4,415 bases of DNA from a virus (Duplodnaviria; Heunggongvirae; Uroviricota; Caudoviricetes), in the IMG/VR virus record IMGVR_UViG_2695420658_000007. One strand, 5' to 3'. The translations under genes and the position numbers were made by a program. This document shows, piece by piece, positions 1 through 4,415 of this stretch (position 1 is the first letter of the stretch; each line of letters begins with the position of its first letter). The notes beneath the pieces were generated by a model. That model was not told the DNA's origin and did not search any database. It was given only the letters and a program-made list of their open reading frames with translations.

Positions 1-61
1 CAAACTATCTAATTTTTGCGTCGCTTTTTGTGTTAGGTCGCTGTAACTGATAAACCCTACG

Positions 62-265
62 TTAGCACCTACAATTAACACTAAGAACACTTATGAAGGA
101 AATGAATAGAAATATAGATGTTGATGTTTTTAGATATTTTTCAGGAAATAATGGGTGAGCAATAATGTATACAAGATTAAGTAGTATATAAATTGCTACC
201 GGAATGAAAATCATGCTCCAGTGTGTATCTTTTTTGGGAGGGATTGGCTGCAAATAATCAGACAC
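62..265 (-). CDS. hypothetical small membrane protein (two hydrophobic segments); start codon uncertain
   Basis: Minus-strand ORF in the six-frame track (67 aa). Reading the bases, the codon at 265..263 is GTG, and the first in-frame ATG is at 214..212 (giving 50 aa). Two hydrophobic stretches (WSMIFIPVAIYILLNLVYIIAHPLF and SIFLFISFISVLSV). Weak Shine-Dalgarno for either start. Same strand and AT-rich composition as the upstream ORF 348..767. No homolog recognised. Confidence 0.3.
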   Translation of the reverse strand: MSDYLQPIPPKKDTHWSMIFIPVAIYILLNLVYIIAHPLFPEKYLKTSTSIFLFISFISVLSVNCRC

Positions 266-347
266 CGTTTTTCCATCAGTTTCAAGAAGAATTACTAGAT
301 CTCTTACTTCACCACTGACTTGAGTGCATCCTTAGTAGTAATGTTAA

Positions 348-767
348 TCATTTTTTCCCTCCAAATACGATGCCCTCTACGTCTTTGGAAGCTTTTTGTG
401 ATGACCACTCCTCTGAATCAGGTGATTTAATTAAAAATATTGTATCTCCATCAAAAATCGTATTTGTTCCGTAAAAATTCACATTTGATAGATCACCACC
501 AAAAACCCTCTGCCCACTCGAGGTAATTGCCTCACCTAATTTAGTAAAATTACCANNNNNNNNNNNNNNNNNNNNNNNNNNNNNNNNNNNNNNNNNNNNN
601 NNNNNNNNNNNNNNNNNNNNNNNNNNNNNNNNNNTGGCTTTAATTACACCACCACCATCCTTAGAGTTAAATAATTGAATGTCCACTCCAGCAGTTGGTT
701 GTATATATTTTGAAAGCTCTTTCTTGAACTTGTTAATATATTTATCTTTGTTTTCTTTGTTGGTCAT
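348..767 (-). CDS. hypothetical protein, AT-rich prophage cargo gene (no recognisable family); reading frame passes through an N-run
   Basis: ATG at 767..765, TGA at 350..348. The flanks on both sides of the 89-nt N-run are open in the same frame (44 codons before, 66 after). About 30% G+C by hand count over 61..240, versus 58% over 1081..1140 in the Nin genes. The visible protein is Gly/Asn/Ser/Lys-rich with no signal peptide. No strong SD upstream. Confidence 0.5.
   Translation of the reverse strand: MTNKENKDKYINKFKKELSKYIQPTAGVDIQLFNSKDGGGVIKAXXXXXXXXXXXXXXXXXXXXXXXXXXXGNFTKLGEAITSSGQRVFGGDLSNVNFYGTNTIFDGDTIFLIKSPDSEEWSSQKASKDVEGIVFGGKK
546..634. other. run of undetermined bases (N x 89) inside the ORF 348..767
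   Basis: Literal n characters in the sequence; content unknown. Not a multiple of 3, so frame continuity of the surrounding ORF depends on the run being true length. Confidence 0.99.
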
Positions 768-854
768 TGGTTAGATCCATAGTTCTGGCTGTGATTAGGT
801 GAAAGTATACAAGGTTTTTAAAGCGAAGATCACTGTTTTGGCTTCAAGATAGTT

Positions 855-883
855 TTGATTTATCGTAATCAATCCGCCATAAT
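855..883 (+). promoter_or_regulatory. candidate sigma70 promoter for the ylcH-ninB operon, with an inverted repeat over the -35
   Basis: TTGATT (855..860), 17-nt spacer, CATAAT (878..883), oriented toward the SD at 927..932 and the ATG at 940. The -35 is part of an inverted repeat TTGATT-N6-AATCAA (855..872). Sequence pattern only. Confidence 0.35.
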
Positions 884-939
884 CCTCTCATCGGAGCCTG
901 AACAACTCCGGTGACTTCTGCGCATTTAAGGGGACTTAA

Positions 940-1035
940 ATGCGACCACAATCTGAACTCATCACCTTGTCACAGATGCAGAAATGCACCTGCGATTTTC
1001 TGCATTCTGCGGTTTCCGTTAGGGAGGCCGTATGA
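940..1035 (+). CDS. ylcH: ylcH-like micro-ORF (31 aa), translationally coupled to ninB
   Basis: ATG at 940 preceded by AAGGGG (927..932) with a 7-nt spacer. Translates to MRPQSELITLSQMQKCTCDFLHSAVSVREAV. Its TGA (1033..1035) overlaps the ninB ATG (1032..1034) as ATGA. A small ORF sits at this position upstream of ybcN in DLP12 (recalled, not verified here). Below the length cutoff of the supplied ORF track. Confidence 0.4.
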   Translation: MRPQSELITLSQMQKCTCDFLHSAVSVREAV

Positions 1036-1487
1036 CTCTGCCAGTAGACGGCATCAAACTCCATCGCGGTAACTTCGCGGCCATCGGCCAGCAGATTCAG
1101 CCATTGCTGGATGCCGGGCAATGCTTACGCCTGCAGGTTAAGCCGTGGCGCGAGAAGCGCAGCCTGTCGCAGAACGCGCTCAGCCACATGTGGTACACGG
1201 AGATCAGCGAATATCTCATCGCCCGCGGCAAGACCTTCGCTACGCCTGAGTGGGTCAAAGACGCGATGAAGCACACCTATCTCGGCTACGAAAGCAAAGA
1301 CCGTGTAGATGTCGTGTCCGGCGAGGTCACCACCGTCCAATCCCTCCGCCATACGTCAGAGCTGGAAACCGGCGAGATGTACATCTTCCTGTGCAAAGTC
1401 GAAGCCTGGGCGATGAATATCGGCTGCCACCTGACAATTCCGCAGAGCTGTGAATACCAGCAGCTGCGCGATAAGCAGGAGGCGTAA
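1032..1487 (+). CDS. ninB: NinB/Orf-family recombination mediator (YbcN-like, 151 aa)
   Basis: ORF with SD AGGGAGG (1021..1027) 4 nt before the ATG. The protein contains the RSLSQNALSHMWYTEIS segment, which resembles the RSLDQN region of lambda Orf/NinB as I recall it. Same size and operon position as ybcN in DLP12. Confidence 0.88.
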   Translation: MTLPVDGIKLHRGNFAAIGQQIQPLLDAGQCLRLQVKPWREKRSLSQNALSHMWYTEISEYLIARGKTFATPEWVKDAMKHTYLGYESKDRVDVVSGEVTTVQSLRHTSELETGEMYIFLCKVEAWAMNIGCHLTIPQSCEYQQLRDKQEA

Positions 1488-1657
1488 TGGCTACACCGCT
1501 TATTCGTGTCATGAACGGGCACATCTACAGAGTATCAAATCGTCGTAAGCGTAAGCCTGAGCTGAAGCCATCCGAAATACCAACACTGCTCGGATATACC
1601 GCTAGCCTGGTTGATAAAAAATGGTTGCGACTGGCAGCAAGGAGGAATCATGGCTGA
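1487..1657 (+). CDS. ninE: NinE-family protein (56 aa)
   Basis: ATG at 1487 overlaps the ninB TAA (TAATG). Translated by hand to [56 protein letters not shown], stop TGA at 1655..1657. Matches the basic NinE of DLP12-type prophages in size and position. Absent from the ORF track because it is under 60 aa. Confidence 0.8.
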   Translation: MATPLIRVMNGHIYRVSNRRKRKPELKPSEIPTLLGYTASLVDKKWLRLAARRNHG

Positions 1658-1940
1658 TTTGAGAAAAGCAGCGCGTGGTCGGGAATGCCAGGTAAGAATC
1701 CCTGGCGTATGTAATGGCAATCCTGAAACGTCAGTACTGGCACATATCCGGCTGGCTGGATTGTGCGGTACCGGTATCAAACCGCCAGACCTGATTGCCA
1801 CCATTGCATGTTCTGCCTGTCACGACGAAATCGACCGCCGCACATATTTTGTCGATGCTGAGTATGCAAAAGAATGCGCGCTGGAAGGTATGGCGAGAAC
1901 GCAGGTTATCTGGCTGAAAGAGGGGGTTATTAAGGCGTGA
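1650..1940 (+). CDS. ybcO: YbcO, DUF1364 Cys/His-rich putative zinc-binding nuclease (96 aa)
   Basis: ATG at 1650 preceded by AAGGAGG (1639..1645). Overlaps the ninE 3' end by 8 nt. The protein has the motifs [11 protein letters not shown] and ACSACHDE. The track ORF begins at an upstream in-frame TTG (1611) inside ninE, which I do not accept as the start. Confidence 0.85.
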   Translation: MADLRKAARGRECQVRIPGVCNGNPETSVLAHIRLAGLCGTGIKPPDLIATIACSACHDEIDRRTYFVDAEYAKECALEGMARTQVIWLKEGVIKA

Positions 1941-2299
1941 ATACCTACAGCATCACATTACCCTGGCCTCCGAGCAATAACCGCTATTACCGCCATAATC
2001 GCGGGCGCACACACATCAGCGCAGAAGGGCAGGCATACCGCGATAACGTCACCCGAATCATTAAAAACGCAATGCTGGATATCGGCCTGGCTATGCCAGT
2101 GAAAATCCGTATTGAGTGCCACATGCCGGATCGCCGTCGCCGTGACCTGGATAATCTGCAAAAAGCCGCTTTTGACGCACTCACCAAAGCAGGTTTCTGG
2201 CTGGATGATGCTCAGGTCGTTGATTACCGCGTTGTGAAGATGCCTGTTACCAAAGGTGGGAGGCTGGAACTGACCATCACCGAAATGGGGAATGAATGA
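1937..2299 (+). CDS. rusA: RusA Holliday-junction resolvase (120 aa)
   Basis: GTG start at 1937 overlaps the ybcO TGA (GTGA). The protein [20 protein letters not shown]...[34 protein letters not shown] carries the acidic catalytic cluster characteristic of RusA. 120 aa, as in DLP12 RusA. Confidence 0.92.
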   Translation: MNTYSITLPWPPSNNRYYRHNRGRTHISAEGQAYRDNVTRIIKNAMLDIGLAMPVKIRIECHMPDRRRRDLDNLQKAAFDALTKAGFWLDDAQVVDYRVVKMPVTKGGRLELTITEMGNE

Positions 2300-2436
2300 T
2301 GTTTGAGTTTTATATGGCAGAACTTCTTCGCCACCGCTGGGGGCATCTGCGCTTATATCGTTTCCCCGGTTCTGTTTTGACCGATTACCGAATACTGAAG
2401 AATTACGCCAAAACCCTGACAGGAGCAGGAGTATGA
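2296..2436 (+). CDS. ylcG: YlcG small prophage protein (46 aa)
   Basis: ATG at 2296 overlaps the rusA TGA (ATGA). GGGG (2287..2290) lies upstream. Hand translation [46 protein letters not shown], stop at 2434..2436. Below the ORF-track cutoff. Confidence 0.6.
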   Translation: MMFEFYMAELLRHRWGHLRLYRFPGSVLTDYRILKNYAKTLTGAGV

Positions 2437-2521
2437 AGTCAGAGATAACAATCAACTAATACTGTTTTGTTGATTTTTGCTTGTAATTGGCGTTCTGGTC
2501 TGATTTTTGTGGAGTAAGTTG

Positions 2522-2905
2522 ATGCGTGATATTCAGATGGTTCTTGAGCGTTGGGGAGCGTGGGCGGCTAATAATCATGAAGATGTGACCTGGTCGTCCA
2601 TTGCCGCCGGTTTTAAGGGATTAATTACTTCAAAAGTAAAATCTCGCCCGCAATGTTGTGACGATGACGCGATGATTATTTGCGGGTGCATGGCCCGTCT
2701 GAAAAAGAACAACAGCGATTTGCACGATTTATTAGTAGATTATTATGTAGTCGGTATGACATTCATGTCACTGGCAGGTAAGCATTGCTGCTCTGATGGT
2801 TATATCGGGAAAAGGTTACAGAAGGCTGAGGGCATAATTGAAGGGATGTTAATGGCATTAGATATCCGGTTAGAGATGGATATCGTTGTTAATAACTCTA
2901 ATTAA
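2522..2905 (+). CDS. quuD: Q-family late-gene antiterminator (QuuD-like, 127 aa)
   Basis: ATG at 2522 with GGAG (2511..2514) 7 nt upstream. The protein [31 protein letters not shown]... has several Cys residues, consistent with a Q-type zinc-binding antiterminator. Sits at the end of the Nin operon as Q does in lambdoid phages. The track ORF starts at an upstream TTG (2507). Confidence 0.85.
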   Translation: MRDIQMVLERWGAWAANNHEDVTWSSIAAGFKGLITSKVKSRPQCCDDDAMIICGCMARLKKNNSDLHDLLVDYYVVGMTFMSLAGKHCCSDGYIGKRLQKAEGIIEGMLMALDIRLEMDIVVNNSN

Positions 2906-2929
2906 TATGCCAATTGTTTACTAAAAATT

Positions 2930-2957
2930 ATTAAAAATGGGGCGTTGCAACGCCCCC
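2930..2957 (-). terminator. Rho-independent terminator for the minus-strand porin/sRNA transcript, between convergent quuD and the porin gene
   Basis: Perfect 18-bp palindrome GGGGCGTTGCAACGCCCC at 2939..2956. On the minus strand the hairpin is followed by ATTTTTAATAATTTTT (complement of 2923..2938), a classic U-tract. On the plus strand it is followed by CAAAAATAAAGG, with no U-tract, so it is a poor terminator for quuD readthrough. Confidence 0.6.
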
Positions 2958-3100
2958 AAAAATAAAGGNNNNNNNNNNNNNNNNNNNNNNNNNNNNNNNN
3001 NNNNNNNNNNNNNNNNNNNNNNNNNNNNNNNNNNNNNNNNNNNNNNNNNNNNNNNNNNNNNNNNNNNNNNNNNNNNNNNNNNNNNNNNNNNNNNNNNNNN
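2931..3100 (-). ncRNA. ipeX: possible IpeX-like porin-regulating sRNA; body lies almost entirely in the N-run, only the terminator is visible
   Basis: Established knowledge recalled from memory: in DLP12 a roughly 167-nt sRNA (IpeX) is encoded just 3' of nmpC and ends at the nmpC terminator. Here the terminator (2930..2957) and the porin are present in the right arrangement. The 5' coordinate is extrapolated, not observed. Confidence 0.25.
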
Positions 3101-3271
3101 NNNNNNNNNNNNNNNNNNNNNNNNNNNNNNNNNNNNNNNNNNNNNNNNNNNNNNNNNNNNNNNNNNNNNNNNNNNNNNNNNNNNNNNNNNNNNNNNNNNN
3201 NNNNNNNNNNNNNNNNNNNNNNNNNNNNNNNNNNNNNNNNNNNNNNNNNNNNNNNNNNNNNNNNNNNNNNN
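2969..3271. other. run of undetermined bases (N x 303) covering the porin 3' end and the porin-to-terminator interval
   Basis: Literal n characters; content unknown. Confidence 0.99.
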
Positions 3272-4257
3272 AGTAATAGGTTGCACCTACATCAATATAT
3301 TCAACCAGGTCCTGATCACCCCACGCACCCAAGTCTTTTCCTTTAGATTGCAGGTAAGCNNNNNNNNNNNNNNNNNNNNNNNNNNNNNNNNNNNNNNNNN
3401 NNNNNNNNNTCGAACTGATATTGTGCAACTACTTCGAAGTTTTGTGCTTTGTTGGCAATATGGTTATTACCAAAAACAGTCATGTTCTGGGTTTCAGAAT
3501 AGGTGGTAGCCAGATAGATGTTGTTCGCATCATATTTCAGACCAGCTGCCCATACTTCAGCATTTTGACCAGATGCATTCAGGCTGTTGTTACCGTAGAT
3601 AACCTGATTATTAGTGCGGTCAGATTTAGCATAGGTTGCACCTACACCGAATCCTTCATACTCATAAGTAGTGGAGAAACCGAAACCATCACCATTAGCT
3701 TCAGTTACGTCAGTGCGGTCATTTTTACCCTGATACTGAGCAGCAAAGTTCAGACCATCAACCAGACCAAAGAAGTCGTTGTTACGATAAGTTGCAACAC
3801 CAGTGGTGCGACCAGTCATGAACACATCTGTTTGAGTCCAAGTGTCACCACCGAATTCTGGCAGGACGTCAGTCCACGCACCGATGTCGTATGCTACACC
3901 GTAGTTACGGCCGTAATCGATGGAGCCGTAGTCACCGAATTTCAGGCCAGCGAAGGCAAGACGGGTTTTATCTTTGGAGGAACCTTGAGATTCAGCGCGG
4001 TTGCCTTTGAATTCATATTCCCACTGACCGAAACCAGTCAGTTGATCGTTGATTTGGGTTTCACCTTTGAAGCCAAGACGGGCATAAGTAGTATCACCAT
4101 CATCTGCATCATTAGAGGAGAAGTAGTGCTTAGCATTAACTTTCCCGTACAGATCCAGCTTGTTACTGTCTTTATTATAAATTTCAGCTGCCTGAGCAGA
4201 CATCGCCATCAGTACTGATGCAGCTACAGCAGAAATTGCCACTGTTAATTTTTTCAT
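3147..4257 (-). CDS. nmpC: NmpC/Lc/OmpD-type general porin (prophage-encoded OmpC/OmpF/PhoE family); 3' end inferred inside the N-run
   Basis: ATG at 4257..4255 with AAGGG 6 to 7 nt upstream. Signal peptide [23 protein letters not shown] followed by AEIYNKD. 282 continuous codons down to ...[10 protein letters not shown] at 3412. Beyond the 50-nt N-run the fragment [29 protein letters not shown] (3359..3273) is typical porin C-terminal sequence. About 40 more residues are expected, so the stop is placed near 3147 by length extrapolation (visible support ends at 3272). The frame differs across the 3360..3409 gap (see findings). Confidence 0.85.
3360..3409. other. run of undetermined bases (N x 50) inside the porin gene
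   Basis: Literal n characters. The round length of 50 suggests a conventional scaffold-gap placeholder rather than a true-length mask. Confidence 0.99.
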
Positions 4258-4415
4258 CGTGAGCCCTTTTATTTGAACTATTATTTAAAAATGATGTCAC
4301 TGCACTACAAATATTCATCCAATCAATGAGATTATTTCAAGATGTAAGTTTTAGTTTCTCATTTAAATTGTGAAGTAGATCCCTGGATTTGCCCCTATAT
4401 TTCCAGACACCTGTT

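Noticed and set aside
92-157. 21-codon plus-strand ORF (MKEMNRNIDVDVFRYFSGNNG)
   Set aside because: Very short, no RBS, antisense to the minus-strand small membrane ORF. AT-rich DNA produces such frames by chance.
936-1121. 61-aa minus-strand ORF across the ylcH/ninB junction
   Set aside because: Overlaps the SD and start of ninB and the coupled micro-ORF on the other strand. No RBS. Judged a chance open frame.
1125-1524. Four ORFs overlapping ninB (1125..1352 minus, 1250..1453 plus, 1286..1522 minus, 1327..1524 minus)
   Set aside because: All sit inside or antisense to the NinB-family gene in a GC-rich stretch where spurious open frames are common. Their translations are Arg/Pro/Ser-rich and lack start context.
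1611-1649. Upstream TTG starts proposed by the track for ybcO (1611) and quuD (2507)
   Set aside because: Each has a canonical ATG with a well-spaced Shine-Dalgarno downstream (1650 and 2522), giving the expected protein lengths of 96 and 127 aa. The TTG extensions overlap the preceding gene or lack an RBS.
1535-2455. Minus-strand ORFs 1535..1804, 1958..2455 and 1987..2187
   Set aside because: Antisense to ninE/ybcO and rusA/ylcG, which are supported by coupling, RBSs and recognisable protein sequence. No independent support.
2913-2945. Possible plus-strand promoter (TTGTTT or TTTACT as -35) just after quuD
   Set aside because: No acceptable -10 hexamer at 16 to 18 nt spacing; the spacing lands in the GC palindrome. 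The AT-richness here is better explained as the U-tract of the minus-strand terminator.
2921-3509. Track ORFs 2921..3286 (minus), 2931..3428 (minus) and 2937..3509 (plus) made mostly of X residues
   Set aside because: Artefacts of translating through N-runs. Only the AYLQSKGK...VGATYY part of 2931..3428 is real, and it belongs to the porin C-terminus.
3421-4218. 265-aa plus-strand ORF
   Set aside because: Lies entirely antisense to the well-supported porin gene. Its translation is a low-complexity Val/Thr/Ser/Ile-rich mirror of the porin codons with no RBS or recognisable fold, so it is a shadow ORF.
1-4415. CRISPR arrays, tRNA/rRNA genes, IS elements or integrase
   Set aside because: No repeat-spacer periodicity, no cloverleaf-like tRNA candidates, and no transposase or integrase-like ORFs in the visible sequence. 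An IS copy hidden in the N-runs cannot be excluded but is too large for any of them if the runs are true length.

Overview
This window reads as a segment of a lambdoid, DLP12-like prophage from an E. coli-type genome. From left to right: (i) an AT-rich, minus-strand two-ORF cargo block (62..767) with no family I can recognise; (ii) a divergent intergenic region (768..939) with a good sigma70-like promoter facing right; (iii) a tightly overlapped plus-strand Nin operon: ylcH-like micro-ORF, NinB/Orf-family protein, NinE, YbcO, RusA Holliday-junction resolvase, YlcG, then the Q-family antiterminator QuuD; (iv) a perfect 18-bp palindrome acting as a minus-strand intrinsic terminator; (v) a convergent minus-strand NmpC/Lc-type phage porin gene with an intact signal peptide. 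Three N-runs (546..634, 2969..3271, 3360..3409) hide part of the cargo gene, the porin 3' end and the porin-to-terminator interval, so several calls there are extrapolations. The most interesting candidate is the AT-rich cargo pair, but its function is only a hypothesis. No tRNA, rRNA, CRISPR array or transposase is visible.
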